Below, in pieces: positions 35,801 to 47,200 of a stretch of 60,650 nt of DNA. Each line of letters opens with the position of its first letter. Position 1 is the first letter of the stretch. The stretch comes from a virus. Its lineage: Duplodnaviria > Caudoviricetes. A program made the translations under genes and the position numbers. The notes below the pieces were generated by a model that saw nothing but the letters and a program-made list of their open reading frames with translations, was not told the origin of the DNA and made no database searches. The stretch covers positions 1 through 60,650 of IMG/VR virus record IMGVR_UViG_3300006924_000018; one strand, given 5' to 3'.

Positions 35801-37536
35801 TCTTTATTGGCAAGGATACAGTACCTACAAACAAGTATTACTATAACTTCCTTGAAACTGCCGTATCCAACATCATTAGGAAGATCGAATCAGGTGTAAT
35901 CGATAGAGATCAGGACCTAAATCAAGATCAAAAGAAGGCGCTAACAGAGATTGAAACTGTAATTAACGATTATTACAACAACTTCGATGGCACAGAAGCA
36001 GTGCTATCCGAAGAAGCAATCTCCGCGCAGGATATGATTAATAGAGCAACATCCCCATCTGCGAGAAACCAGTCGAACCTTGGAAGAGGTTCTGCCAAAT
36101 TCAGCAAGGCCCGCGCAAGAAGGATCAAGGTTGGGCTCCTATACGCAACAATCCGCAAAACAGAAAGCCAAGCCAAGACACTATTTTCTCTATATGTTAA
36201 GCAAGAGTTTGATGCTCTGCGCAAGCGCCTAGACTCGGCACTACAGCCAGAGATTGATGATCTTGGCCTTATGATGGTCTCGGATGGAACGTTTGTCAAT
36301 GGAGCAATTGCCAAGAGATCTTACACAAAGGGTGAAGTATTCAACGACATCGACGAGGGCGAGGCTAGCGAGCCTGTCTATGTGACACGCCCAGACGGCA
36401 CAATTGAATACGAGGTTGCCTATGATGTGCCATACGTCGCAGCTGATGGCAAACTTAAGTCCAATATTAAGTCAAGAACCATCCAGCTAGAAGATACAGA
36501 AGATGCTATCAACGAGCAGTTGAAAGAAGTCTTTGGTGGTGCATTACCGTTCACAATCGACCTCAGCGAAAAGGAAGGTACCGCTTGGCCATTTGTGCTA
36601 GAGAAGTACATTCGTATCGAGGAGAAGGCAGGCGTCCGAGTGCCAGAGCAGGATATTGTCAACAGAGACGATAGCCTCAGAGGTGTTGTGAATATCAATA
36701 GCTGGGTCGAATACCTTAACACACTTCCCGCTGATATTAGAAAGGGCAAGATTAGTGACTATTGGCAAGACTGGCATTTTGGTCTCCGCGTGTCATTGAT
36801 GCTCGACAGAGACGACGAATCACTAGGTCAGCTTCTAAAGAATAAGGGCCTACTTTTCACCAGCGAAGCAAAGACAGTAACTTTGGAAGACGGGACTAAG
36901 AAGATCCTAGTACCAATCGCAGCAGGTGAGCTCCCTATCATCGACCAGACAATTACAGATGCCACAGTGGAGACTAGATTCTTGGGCGCTGGCTCAGCAG
37001 ATATGAAGGTATTTAAGGAACCAGATCTTCTCAGGCAGTACGACACATTGTGCTTGGTTAACGAGTTGGTCGCAACTGATGAGTATCGAGCTTTCTTTGA
37101 ATACTTGTTCCCTCTGAAGAGATACTTGTCTTTGGTAACAATCTTTGTTGCCAACACCTTCTATCTTTCAATCGGCAACTCTGGCAATGCAGATCCCGAA
37201 GAGGGTATCCCTGCAGGAGACCGATGGGCCGCTCCCGGTGGCCGTATCGGCTCTACCTTTAGAAGATGGGACAAGAACTACGACAACTTCAGGCGCTCTA
37301 GAAGAATTTTCAAGAGACTATTTATGGAGCTGTATAGAACTAGGAACAAGACACCTGCTCGACCAAGAGCAGCGGTCGATAGGGACAGAAGAAAGGATTC
37401 GGTTAAGGATCTTTTGGCTGACTTGATCCCCGATAAGATGCTAGATGGAATGCCTTGGTGGCAACGTCGAAGCAGGATCGACAAGCCATTTGATATGTTC
37501 GATAATGAATGTGCAGATGAGGAGGATTATTTCTGA
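29896..37536 (+). CDS. Giant virion-associated protein (2546 aa), function unknown
   Basis: Uninterrupted ORF between the spike and gp25 genes; helical/coiled-coil segments. Confidence 0.7.
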   Translation: MTNAKNNLGLSAALEYFKGRSVLLDAAFAQQIGLTPSVPSPLAENNAPLDPEELLFVPLDLQDPLKPQNTLRTSDLIFCDRPEYFRGLEECNICRKNPAAYVPDWRTLPLNSNFLNGRTCQQSVVVDTGRTGIPKVEEVIESIKRKGIELLLDAYGKSQLTTTVYYVLNNQNEPENRDLSVLTIQSEQEELNGLRIADKVNVGASAAELLGDEGTAPLSMPRFRTGYRRLLRQVNTADILLETNNAQGLPAVTIEYFVPRIAGKNTVTTKALVSVDANSFALVPTAIVTTPVITRELDLDNTIEVTIQGARLRNAFKQARYALRRSNIYATRAIKGTNEGRFYRADDETGIPVVYDFNEEARQLMKYMRTILIPAIQKGGGFRITELDKIRIVFETRESNTQLKVVDAVLNKLGCKEFSLLDYDNKINEVTEFFNYSRPTTLGYVAALPNIENYLRATPEVVWLDFITQFTYPAVEFKNPLDLVTLEDDRSLAECVAQKTGAELVGKVLNDILDTPDLVLDGLTESICKAAADVAADRLAEEDVIAAERIKDVESIKKQIKAKRKELDALDPEDAGYDTQLFIIESEIDNLNTALKNAKEARKTAKSVSRSTANSARLDRATKQLQKKLSVASSSYEERPLAKILVTAITYGIEQAVIEEKASITPMVPKPLELPEVQEAINKTGGWCGIVQLILEASQCLMKGLGVDDFKKTVIAQVLKGMRVEELLQFIDRLEPVAPDATAKIQREVAELFGVGLEALLNSVVESNSHQTFEYADKIRNRSNQLIANDNELSRADARNTAKQELIREREVRNSQEEKVSPTGTITSSAYRSEVNEEALEAAQSALQLVDLIVEFIMEAIEGQIDRVFDILEESTPGFTIIRNMIRDIECLVPDGGLLNPPLGQSLKSLNFDLCALSKTGKIEFTRPRLNPPLNGAEIKANLRNFHKLLADYLLDLLIDLSTQLLINAITSIVEAVLDLACDLIAAGAASIADELTGNSKFKEDLRRAVCPDDELTDAQFQEAMSNIFGALTNTTSGTDCVANLTKEELGNFLDSVLVTISYNELYNLLLGEANPNTYKIVSELAKASGSDCIAEIFGNIDNVISYFSGLGSIIDARNAFDNFPEDVFLRDNLNVCPPDTQDIIRDIQAKLLEGKGLSDQQIQDQLDYAKERAKEKLENLVDLLTKGPYKDLPSLAASGECPSSGLLRSSPAVQTALLAALDANAEAGENAILRDLMGNNGLFPRILSDSEGQGLKLHRFLTSGLFGNSIGRKNLLFQFYSDDALVYSELDLNKRGETTLKAKELRRVNQYGEKYPAALSLIQPMGGFPPTIGAYLYNKMKNSDIGLVGEDKVSQELVFKTRLQDPEIRDEIESAKVRNERIINKRKLFIAKWAAATHFVDYETLKAELIELKDGMPVVEGGNTIPLADQITIETLNTEAKSWTNPTIEKRRAIYVGLINACSQPIFLSGINYREYSPEERLQRLLSSVAKDKKNLLINGRIVGISLADYRDRIKTRKFDNIGSGVKQYYNINLARKFTLTQQLRDFYMEIAEDNYDSAFSPIPLDNPFELGMEFIPYREKEAFVAGSSQLEDPDVKISVTYNMNPQNDDGTFFEDKYKYRVAVIETINPFGEPKRLSNKQQLEDLYNADEAVPGAVAGPIVPGAAGSADIQFYKDISSVPDAQVQGYIDQYIGDTTASDVKYSYETEFFRNWLNANIAKEDIRFKEDIDSDKLVKFFDFVNQGFFRRVAARIAVPDSAEQYKEHTLVENEEDGQTQISDSSNTLAIANGFLFGYDPAAQPEAIVLDPAKYGGTESRPPYYLEPPAFKGWLGLLQKLMPPEESCDPKSLPLYDMRDISDDMQSLFGQLNRDERLNFQPFCTKEAPYDSVRDSATTVSLESMIRMTTRVHTIDFLLKCVPVLSQYSANFEGNFDDLLETYLGDYVIDRVRDQGVTSPTRNITVTPEGTIFIGKDTVPTNKYYYNFLETAVSNIIRKIESGVIDRDQDLNQDQKKALTEIETVINDYYNNFDGTEAVLSEEAISAQDMINRATSPSARNQSNLGRGSAKFSKARARRIKVGLLYATIRKTESQAKTLFSLYVKQEFDALRKRLDSALQPEIDDLGLMMVSDGTFVNGAIAKRSYTKGEVFNDIDEGEASEPVYVTRPDGTIEYEVAYDVPYVAADGKLKSNIKSRTIQLEDTEDAINEQLKEVFGGALPFTIDLSEKEGTAWPFVLEKYIRIEEKAGVRVPEQDIVNRDDSLRGVVNINSWVEYLNTLPADIRKGKISDYWQDWHFGLRVSLMLDRDDESLGQLLKNKGLLFTSEAKTVTLEDGTKKILVPIAAGELPIIDQTITDATVETRFLGAGSADMKVFKEPDLLRQYDTLCLVNELVATDEYRAFFEYLFPLKRYLSLVTIFVANTFYLSIGNSGNADPEEGIPAGDRWAAPGGRIGSTFRRWDKNYDNFRRSRRIFKRLFMELYRTRNKTPARPRAAVDRDRRKDSVKDLLADLIPDKMLDGMPWWQRRSRIDKPFDMFDNECADEEDYF

Positions 37537-37919
37537 TGCCAAAAGGATTCAACGTACAAGAGCCCCTATCCATCGACGCAGTTGATGGAAACTACAGGCT
37601 GATTAAGGTACCCAGCGAGGCGATTACGCAGAACCTAAGATTCCTCGTATTGACCGCTCCGGGTGAACGTATCCGAGTTCCAAGCTTCGGCGTTGGGCTT
37701 CGAAACTATTTGTTCGAAAACTATACACAAGAACTTGCAAATAGGTTGAGAGAGAATATTCTGGAACAGGCACAGATCTTTATGCCATATATCACCATCA
37801 CTAGCATCGAGATCGATGACAGTGCCATTGGAGCCAACCAGCTAACAGTCGGTATTCACTTTGAAGCTAACTCAACGATTGAGTTTAGCGACTTTTTATT
37901 GCTAACAGTTACTATTTAG
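37536..37919 (+). CDS. Baseplate wedge subunit, GPW/gp25 family
   Basis: ITQNLRFLVLTAPGERI..PSFGVGLRNYLFE. Confidence 0.9.
   Translation: MPKGFNVQEPLSIDAVDGNYRLIKVPSEAITQNLRFLVLTAPGERIRVPSFGVGLRNYLFENYTQELANRLRENILEQAQIFMPYITITSIEIDDSAIGANQLTVGIHFEANSTIEFSDFLLLTVTI
37911..37919 (+). promoter_or_regulatory. Putative late promoter motif
   Basis: ACTATTTAG overlapping the gp25 stop codon. Confidence 0.5.
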
Positions 37920-37943
37920 TCATAGCGATTCTTGGGACAATAT

Positions 37944-39749
37944 ATGAAAAAGTACAACAAGAAATTTGTTTCTGTCGATTATACTGGCAGAGACTTCAAT
38001 ACAATCAAAGAAAATCTAACTAGCTACGCAAAGCGCTACTACCCTGACACATTCAGAGACTTTACAGAAGCCAGCTTTGGTTCTATGATGTTAGATTCTG
38101 TGGCATACGTCGGTGACGTATTGTCCTTCTATACTGATTATAATTTCAACGAGTCTTTGCTAGCCACATCCAATGACTACAATAATGCGATTCGACTCGC
38201 CCGCCAGATGGGATACAAGTTCAAGGGCTCTCCTTCCGCTACTGGAAAGGTCGCTGTTTATGTTATTGTCCCTGCAGCTTCCACCGGCAGAGGCCCAGAT
38301 AGCGCTTTGATGCCAATTCTCAAGCGCAACACAGTATTGGGCTCTAATAACGGCTCTTCCTTTATCGTAACAAGCGATGTTCGCTTTGACGACCCCTTCA
38401 ATGAAGTAGTTGTAGCAAGGATTAACGAAACAACTGGCCTACCAGTGTCCTATGCCGTGAAGGCTTATGCAGATGTTATTTCCGGTGAGTTTAAAACAAC
38501 ACAGATTGAAGTTGGTAACTTTGAGAAGTTCAAGAAAGTAGTTCTAGATGATTCAAATGTAACCGAGATTCTATCGGTTATCGATAGTGATGGTAACGAG
38601 TACTTCGAGGTAGAGAACCTATCGGAAGAGATTGTCTTCAAGGAGCAATCAAATACTGACCCGAACACAAGAGAACAGTCTCCCTCAATCTTGATCCCAA
38701 CACCAGTGCCAAGAAGGTTTGTATCAGAGAAGGATCTCCGAGAGACAACACTTATTTTTGGTCACGGGTCAGAGGACAGTGCCCTAGATAACGCAATCCC
38801 TGAACCAACCAGTGTTGCATTCCAGCAGTTTGGTCGCACATATGTAAGCGATGTAACCTTCGACCCCAGAAACCTAATCAGCAATAACAGCTTTGGTATC
38901 GCTCCTGAGAACACGACGTTAACAATCACATATAGAAGGAATATTGACTCCTCTACTAATGCGGCTGTAGGTACAGTTACAAATGTTCTCACGCCTTCAG
39001 TGGATTTTAATGATCCAGACCAGACTACCGCTTCAAATCGCAAAGATGTAGTCGCATCACTAGAGTGCTTCAACGAAGAGCCAATCAATGCTTCCTCGGC
39101 GATTATGTCTCTAGAGGATCTAAAAGAGGTTGCTTTGGCATCTTTTGGAGCTCAGAGCCGTGCAGTAACAGCGCAGGACTATGAGGCACTATGCTATACA
39201 TTGCCATCACAGTACGGCAACATTAGAAGAGCCAGAGCTGTAAGAGATGCTGATGCGAACAATCGAAACATTAACTTGTATGCTCTAGCATCGGACCAGA
39301 ATGGTAAGCTATCAGCGCCAAACTCTGTAACAAAGAATAATATCAAGAACTGGATCAACCGTTATCGTATGATCGGAGACACAATCGACGTACAGAATGG
39401 TATCATTGTCAATATCGGAGTTGAGTTTAGTATTTCGGTATTGGAACCATACAACAAGTTCGAAGTTCTAGAGCAGGCAATTACAGCCGTACAGAACTTT
39501 TTTGCACGCCCATTCTTTATTGGACAGCCACTAAGTATCCTTGAGATCTACACCGTACTGCAGAATGTAGACGGAGTTGCAGATATTTCTAAAGTAAAGT
39601 TTGCGTCAAAGACTGGAACCGATTATAATAATAATTACATTAACTTGTCAAGATATACAACAACTGATGGCCGCAGAATCGTTCCGCCTGAGAACGTGGC
39701 ATTCCAAATCAAGTTCCCCGGAACTGACATTAAGGGAGAGGTTAAGTAA
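37944..39749 (+). CDS. Baseplate wedge subunit, T4 gp6/baseplate J-like
   Basis: DY..RDF..IK..L..Y, DF.EAS.G..LD.VAYVGD.LSFY.D, LARQMGY, FGHG, QSRAVTAQDYE. Confidence 0.9.
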   Translation: MKKYNKKFVSVDYTGRDFNTIKENLTSYAKRYYPDTFRDFTEASFGSMMLDSVAYVGDVLSFYTDYNFNESLLATSNDYNNAIRLARQMGYKFKGSPSATGKVAVYVIVPAASTGRGPDSALMPILKRNTVLGSNNGSSFIVTSDVRFDDPFNEVVVARINETTGLPVSYAVKAYADVISGEFKTTQIEVGNFEKFKKVVLDDSNVTEILSVIDSDGNEYFEVENLSEEIVFKEQSNTDPNTREQSPSILIPTPVPRRFVSEKDLRETTLIFGHGSEDSALDNAIPEPTSVAFQQFGRTYVSDVTFDPRNLISNNSFGIAPENTTLTITYRRNIDSSTNAAVGTVTNVLTPSVDFNDPDQTTASNRKDVVASLECFNEEPINASSAIMSLEDLKEVALASFGAQSRAVTAQDYEALCYTLPSQYGNIRRARAVRDADANNRNINLYALASDQNGKLSAPNSVTKNNIKNWINRYRMIGDTIDVQNGIIVNIGVEFSISVLEPYNKFEVLEQAITAVQNFFARPFFIGQPLSILEIYTVLQNVDGVADISKVKFASKTGTDYNNNYINLSRYTTTDGRRIVPPENVAFQIKFPGTDIKGEVK

Positions 39750-41233
39750 TGGGTATCAAGAGATTCTTCGCAGAGAAAGACAACACTATTACAAATGCTT
39801 TTGAGGCGAATCTCACTACTCGTGGGACAGGCTCCAATATGGGTGCTGCAGACATCCTAGAGGTATTCTCTATCTACGCACAGGCTAGCTCATCTGCTGG
39901 CTTGTCAAACGAGAAGTCCAGAGCCATTATTCAGTTCCCAGTTGATGACATTACAAATGCTCGCTCTACGGGCCAGATTCCTGCCAGTGGCTCTGTTAGT
40001 TTTTACCTCAAGCTAGCCAACGCCCGCCACGGCCAAACCCTTCCAAAGGGCTTTACGCTCGTCACAGCACCAGTTTCTGGGGCTGCTTGGACAGAGGGCG
40101 AGGGCCTAGATATGGAGAACTATTCTGACATTGGAGTCTCCAACTGGATCTCTGCTAGTGAAGGCGTAGGTTGGCAAACAGAAGGTGGAGACTATTATAG
40201 TGCTTCCGAGGTATCCCAGTTATTCGATAAGGGAACGGAAGATTTGGAGATCAATGTCACAAGCATTGTGGAAGACTGGATCGCAGGCACTGTTCCCAAT
40301 TACGGCTTCGGCGTATTTCTGACTTCATCAGAAGAGAACTCCACAAGTCGCTCATACTACACAAAGAAGTTCTTCTCAAGAACCTCAGAGTTCTTCTTTA
40401 AGCGTCCAGTAGTAGAGGCTCGGTTCAACGCGACCGTGCAGGATGACCGTGGAAACTTTTTCTACTCAAGTTCACTAGCATCAGCTGAAGAGAATCTAAA
40501 CACAATTTATCTCTATAACAGAGTCCGTGGCCGTCTACGGAACATTCCTAGCATCGGAACAGGAAACATTTATGTATCTGTTTTCTCAGGCTCCACAGAG
40601 CCAACAGGCTCTGCAATTGATCTAGTGGCAGATGGCACCCACGTTCTTCCGGGTGATCTAACAGTTGTAACCGGAGAGCACGTCTCAACAGGCATCTACA
40701 AGGCCACATTTGCCGCTACAGCAGCCGCAACACCTTTGGATACCCTATTCGACGTCTGGCACAATAGCGACCTCACAGTGCAGTTTAAGACCGGCTCAAT
40801 CACGCCTCTTACATTGGACGCATCATCGGAAGCATATGCTGAAAGGTACATCAATAAGATTACTAACTTGAAGCCAGAATACTTTACTGACGAAACCGCT
40901 CGTTTCCGTGTATACACAAGGCCAAGAAACTGGCAGCCAAACATCTATACTGTAGCCCAGCAAAGACCAGAGACAACCATTATCCCTAGTTCTAGCTTCT
41001 CGGTCTATAGAATCGCAGACGATCAAAGCGTAATTCCCTTTGGAACAGGGTCTGACCTACATACCGTAATGAGCTACGATAGTAGAGGAAATTACTTTGA
41101 TTTGGACATCTCAATGCTAGAGCCTGATTACGCCTACGGTATTGAGCTTTGCCACTATAATGACTACACAGGTGGCTGGGACATTCAAGAAGAAGTGTTC
41201 AAATTTAGAGTTGAAAAAAGACAAACCAAGTAA
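39749..41233 (+). CDS. Virion structural protein with a DNRLRE-like domain
   Basis: EKDNTI, SRAIIQF, INVTSIVEDW..G.VPNYGF, FFSR, RP.VE. Confidence 0.65.
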   Translation: MGIKRFFAEKDNTITNAFEANLTTRGTGSNMGAADILEVFSIYAQASSSAGLSNEKSRAIIQFPVDDITNARSTGQIPASGSVSFYLKLANARHGQTLPKGFTLVTAPVSGAAWTEGEGLDMENYSDIGVSNWISASEGVGWQTEGGDYYSASEVSQLFDKGTEDLEINVTSIVEDWIAGTVPNYGFGVFLTSSEENSTSRSYYTKKFFSRTSEFFFKRPVVEARFNATVQDDRGNFFYSSSLASAEENLNTIYLYNRVRGRLRNIPSIGTGNIYVSVFSGSTEPTGSAIDLVADGTHVLPGDLTVVTGEHVSTGIYKATFAATAAATPLDTLFDVWHNSDLTVQFKTGSITPLTLDASSEAYAERYINKITNLKPEYFTDETARFRVYTRPRNWQPNIYTVAQQRPETTIIPSSSFSVYRIADDQSVIPFGTGSDLHTVMSYDSRGNYFDLDISMLEPDYAYGIELCHYNDYTGGWDIQEEVFKFRVEKRQTK

Positions 41234-41256
41234 TTAGTATTAGAGGGTAAGCTAAT

Positions 41257-44200
41257 ATGCCAAAGGCTAGAGATCTATTCGGCCCAAAGAAGGTCGTTGA
41301 GAGCACAAACCTCGAAGAAAACTTCAGTGATATTGAATCTCTAAGAAATCTTCGTGCAAAGACAGAACTCAAGAAGCGAATGATCCCTCGGATCGACTAT
41401 GCGACCGCTTCAAACTTTGCCAAGTTTGGCTCCGCAGAACTCTACTACCAGAGTGCGATGGAGAACATCGCAAACCAGTACCCTTATGACGGCTCTGAGG
41501 CCGAAAAGGTAGAATTCCTTAACGCTTCGTCGTACATTGATCTATACATTTTTGAGAACGAGTACCCTCGACAGAATGGTTACGTAGTAATTTCATCAAA
41601 CGGCTGGGGATCATCCACCGGTATTACCGATGGCTTTGGTATGCCAGTAGACCAAGAGTACATCTCCGTCAGAGGTAACCTAAACACAGCTTCTGCAGGT
41701 ATGGTCGGCAAACCTCTAGCAGAAACCTTCAGCGGATCTAACATTTACGATGAGAACCCCTACGATACATTGGGCCTCACCGATTCTGGCAGGAACGGAA
41801 CCCGCACAGATAACCTTCTTATGGACTTCCAGCGCGGAGTAACCCTAGAATTCTGGATGAAGAAGAGCGAGTTTTTGCCTTCATCGACACAGAAAGAGGT
41901 CGTATTCGACGTATGGAATAGCGCAGCTGACACCAGCGATTCATATGGTCGCATCACACTTTATATGTCAGCTTCAGCAGATGGTGCCAATCCTTGGCGT
42001 ATGAATTTGAAGTCGGGGTCAGTCGGCTTTGCAGACATCAATCTAGGCACTTGGCAGACCACCGGAACACTTGCTGACGGCGAGTGGCATCACTATGCTT
42101 TCTCTGTTAAGAGCGAATCTGGGCAGTCTAGCATTAAGTGCTACCTAGATGGCGATCTCAAGAATACCCTTACATCTGCGATGGATCTAAGTGAAGTAAC
42201 TGGTGCTATTAATGGTAGAGTTGGTGCTCTAATTGCAGCCCCATCTGGCTCCTCAGCGACAGCAGGCGCTGGCAAGCTTTCTGCTTCACTCGATGAATTG
42301 CGCTACTGGAAGACAGAGCGCAGCGCAGAAGACATTGGAAAGAACTACATCACCAATGTTTACGGCGGCGCAAACACAGATATTTCTAATACAGAGCTTG
42401 GTATCTACTTTAAGTTCAACGAGGGTATTGCCCTCAACGATACACTAGACGCTATCGTATTGGATTACTCAGGTCGCGTTTCTAACGGTAGCTGGGTAGG
42501 GTACCCCGGTCCAGCTGCACGAAGCACAGGCTCTGCTATTGTCCTAGCCGGCGCAGCCCCAGTAGAGTTTAGAGACCCAGTAGTATACAAGACAAACCCA
42601 GACTATGTAGCCAAACTAGAAGAGTTGACTGCTAGTGGTTCATACTACGACACACAAAATACATCCTTGTTGTTCAACACATTCCCTAACTTTGTTATTG
42701 ATGGCGACAACGGAAACCTAAAGTCAACGATCCAGATTATGGCTAGCCAGTTTGACGATATGTACCTTGAGATGCAAGAAGTTAACAAGGTTAAGGATGT
42801 ATCATACGGTCAGAACACAAATGTAAACGCTGATGTTGATTATAAGGCACACCCAAATATGGACCGTGTACTTCAGTCCATCGGTATCGACACCAATGAA
42901 TTGTTCGAAGACCAGAGTCTACAAGAGTTTGCAAGGGCCAGAAACGACCTCCAGATCTTTGAAAAGGATCTAACTGACGTCAAGAACCAAGTCTACAGCA
43001 ACATTTACAACAACGCTATGAACATCTTGAAGTCTAAGGGTACTGAAAAGTCTGTTCGCAACTTCTTGAGATGTCTAGGCGTAAACGACAGAGTTATCAA
43101 TCTTAATATGTACTCCAGCAATAGAGAGTACGTAATCGAAGATCGCTTTGTCAACAACACAGAAAACAAGAAGTACATTGATTTTGACCGTGCAGACCAC
43201 CTTCAGGCCACAATCTTCCAGACTGCTTCTTCGAATCCGAACACAAGAGGGCAGACATTCGTATCTGGAACAAACAATGTTTCTGCTTCGTTCACAGCGG
43301 AAGTTAACGTATACTTCCCGCGCAAGCGTACACCGGGCGAACCCGGATACTACACAACTAGTTTCTTGACATCATCAATTTTTGGTACTCACCGAGTTGA
43401 CTCTAATGGATCATATGACTGGTTCCCCGGTGCTGGTGCTGATTCTAACTTCCAGCTTGTTGCATTGCGACCATTTGAGGACTCCAAGGATGCTCGCTTT
43501 GCTATCGTTACAAGATATGGCGGAACACTACTAACAACCGATCTATACAAGAATGTATACGATGGTAATGAGTGGACCTTTGCAGTGTCTTTGTTCAACA
43601 GCCAGCAAGACTATGCAGGCGGCCCGGACAATATGCCAGAGCCAACTTATTACATTGGACTTACTGGATACAATACAGAAGGCTACTTTGTAAAAGAGAG
43701 CTTTGCACAGAGCGCATCTATTGCCAACACTACATACGCACAGAATATCCTAACACAGGACAAACGATACTTCCTAGGCGCTGACCGCTTCAACTACTCT
43801 GGCTCAGTTCAGACAAATACCGATGTCAAGATCGGATACCTAAGACATTACGACAATACTGTTTTGACACCAGAGACCGTTGCCGTCCACGCAAAGGACA
43901 GAAATGTATACGGTCCTAACGATGCCTCAAGAAACATTTCTATGTTCAACTCCGAAGAGGCAACCGGGTCGTACTTCCCAGAAGTAAGCAGCTTGCTATT
44001 TAACGTCGACTTCCAGACCGTAACAGGCTCCGACGCCTCCGGTGGGTTCTTGGCAGTCGACTTCGCTTCAGGCTCTATTTCTGCTACCGAAGATATTAGA
44101 AATAACTACCCTGCAAATTACGCTGATAGTATTGCAACACAGTATGAGTTCTCCGGCTTCGGCTTTGAGGCTAGCAGCCAAGCTGCAGTTGACAACAGAG

Positions 44201-47200
44201 TGGTTGTCGGATCCGACATTCAGATGCCAGAGAGTCTATTGTCGACAGACTTGGTTAATGTGTTGACTTCCGATGATGAGGTGTTCACAAGGCAGTACAG
44301 TCCAGAGACACTTTACTCATCACTAGAGAAGAGCCTAAGTAATGCTTACTCAAGAGAGATTATCGATTTCTTGGGCAGCGCCCGCGAATTCAATGAAATC
44401 ATTGGCGAAGCAGGTGCACAGTACAGAGGCGACTACGGCAAGCTACCTAATCTAAGGGACTTGTTCTTCCAGAGATTGCAGGCTGTAACAGACTTCAATA
44501 AGTTCTACGAATTCTACAAGTGGTTTGATGACAGTGTTCTTAACTTTATCCTCCAGCTAGTCCCAGAATCAGCGAACGTTCGTGACGGTATTCAAAACGT
44601 AATTGAAAGCCATATCCTTGAGCGCAACAAGGTAGTTACACAGTACCCTCTATTCCGTCAGGTAGTTGAGGACACCAACACCTTTGGTGCAACCCTACAG
44701 GGTGGAAACGACCTAGACTACAACTGGAAGTACGGCCACGCCCCTGTCGGTACCACAGCACAGTCAGAAAATACGCTCTGGTGGAAGAACCGTGCAGAGA
44801 GGGAAGGTGCCTCCGAGGCAGCCTCCGACAGTGCAGCCGTACAGATCGTATCACAGAACAGAAACCTTAGAGAGTACAGGAAGAACTTTACATCTGCAGG
44901 CTCCTCATACTTCAAGGCAGATTCAGTTAATAACAAGATTGCAGAAAATGTTTCTCTTGGTGTCGCTGCCTCCAAGACAGTGGCTGCTGGTGTCAACCCC
45001 GAAACCTCGAAGGACCCCGCCCTACTGAAGAGCGTGGTAAGTAAGTTCTCTTCCGAGCAAGACATCCGTATCCTAATCAACGGAACTGATGCCCCATCAG
45101 TCGACAATGATGACGTCGAACTAGATCTAGGCAAGAGAAAGAAAGAGCTTGCGATCTTCAGCATTATTGGAGAAGAGGCAGGCGAAGTCGCCGATTACTA
45201 CAACTATAAAGTAGAGTCTTTCCTTCCGGCCACTATTTTGAGCGCTTCGGCAACTAGAAACGCTATGCTAGAAGATTATAACAGCGTAGCTGACACAAAG
45301 ATTGACATTGGTAATATGCACCTAGATACCGTAATTGGTAATGAGATTCCTGCGCAGGGCGTCTTTTCGGAGACGCACGTAGGTGGTAACCAGCATCGCC
45401 ACATTGACATTAACGCCGGATCAGACGATGCCACCAACCGGCCAGAATCATTTAAGCTGAAGGCAGGACAGACTGGCGGCAACCCTGTAATCTGGATCGC
45501 TGCTCCACAGGCTGCAGACGCCCAGACAGCAGCTCCTAACACTAATCTTCCTTATGCGGTCTACACCAGAGACGGACTCGCCAAGCGCCCTCTAAACATT
45601 AAGAATATTAAGTACAACTCCGGCTCACAAAACTACGGTAACTACAAGGAAGACTATGAGCTAATGCAGCTTGGTGGACGAACAGCTAATAACGTGGCGT
45701 TTGTGCAGGCTGGAGGATTTGGCACCGCAAGCATTGACTCTACCTTCGTAACTGGCGTGGTCGATTATACAAAGCCATCTAGGCCCGCGAGAAAGCACGT
45801 TATTGTTAACCGCTTCTCCGCACCCGGCGATGCCAATACAATGGGAGACAACCTAGGTGGTCCGGGCTTGGATTATGAGGCAGCTGAATATAGTCCTTAC
45901 AATAATCTAAACTTTAGAAACCTTACTGTTCGCTTGCCACTAAACAAGAAGTTCCTTGTTGATAGGGCAAACAGCGGCGGGTTTAGCAGTGATAGTTCAA
46001 CTCCGACCGGCGCTGTCAATTACAATCCTTCATATGTAATCTCTTCTTCTTACTATGGAAGCTCGTCACTTTACGGCGTCAATCGCGGAGTACCAAGCTT
46101 CCACAAGGTGCAGAGAAACGGAACACCTGTAAGAACACAGACATCAAGCGTAGACTTCGTGGATAACGGAACAGACACTAAGGTCCGCTACGATAACGCA
46201 TACGTAGCCACTAGCATCCCAGCAACAGATCTAAGATACCAGTGGATCTCCTCTTCCATCGAGGGCACACAAAACGTTCTTGTATACCAAAGCTTCGATG
46301 GCGTGGTATCCACATCAGCCGGCTTGGTAAGCGAGCTTAATTTTGTAGCCACATCAGACAATAATCCGAACGTATCATTTGTTGGCGCTAACACATTCGT
46401 AACAGGCGCTGCAGATGTCATCTTCGTGCCTACTATCGATGCTTCCTCTCTAACTTTGAGCTACCCAGCAACTGGGACAGCAGGTACAGTCAACGATTAC
46501 ATCCTCGACGCCAACGGACCATACCAGTATGCTTCATTCAAGCAGCTCCGTGCAGGTGAGTCAAGAATCAATCGATACTTCAGAAAGAACAACCTCTTCA
46601 GCTATCCGGGTGCCGCTCGCGTATTTACTGACTCCAATACAAATATCGTCCGTACAGACAGTGGCCCAAAGACATTTGTAGCGACGCAATCAGTTATCAC
46701 AAACCGATATGAGCCAGTTTTGCTTGAGGTAGAAATTGATGAAGCATCTCACGTATTGAGTGTTGAGAACGGCAACCAAAAGGTATACTTCTCACAGGAC
46801 GACATCAATAAGGGCTTTGCAGTTGTAGAGAACTCAAATCAGAGTGCTTTTGACACCGTAATCAGCACTTTCGGAAGCAATGGTGGCATTGAGGTTAACA
46901 AGGTGACCTACCGCGAAACAGTATGGCCAACAGAAGAGAACTCATTCCTACAGAAGGTTCGTGAAAGAATCGGATTTGAGAACAACTTCTGGAGGGACAC
47001 AGCAGCTAATAGACAGTCCAAGGGCCGTCGAACAGACACTCGCGGCAAGCGCTTTGGCGTAACAGATCCTAACTCGCTATACGGTCGTTCATCTTGGGAC
47101 CTAGACGCATACCCCGGCTTCGAGACCACGGAATTCATCAGCGCACCAGCGAGCGAGCAGACAAGTAAGGCGGCACAACCTTCAGCTATCAATTCTGACT

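Noticed and set aside
1778-37943. Upstream starts given by the ORF track (1778, 5084, 6532, 6942, 8170, 18037, 18455, 26001, 37932)
   Set aside because: Downstream starts have better RBS spacing, avoid long overlaps or match family N-termini, so those were used.
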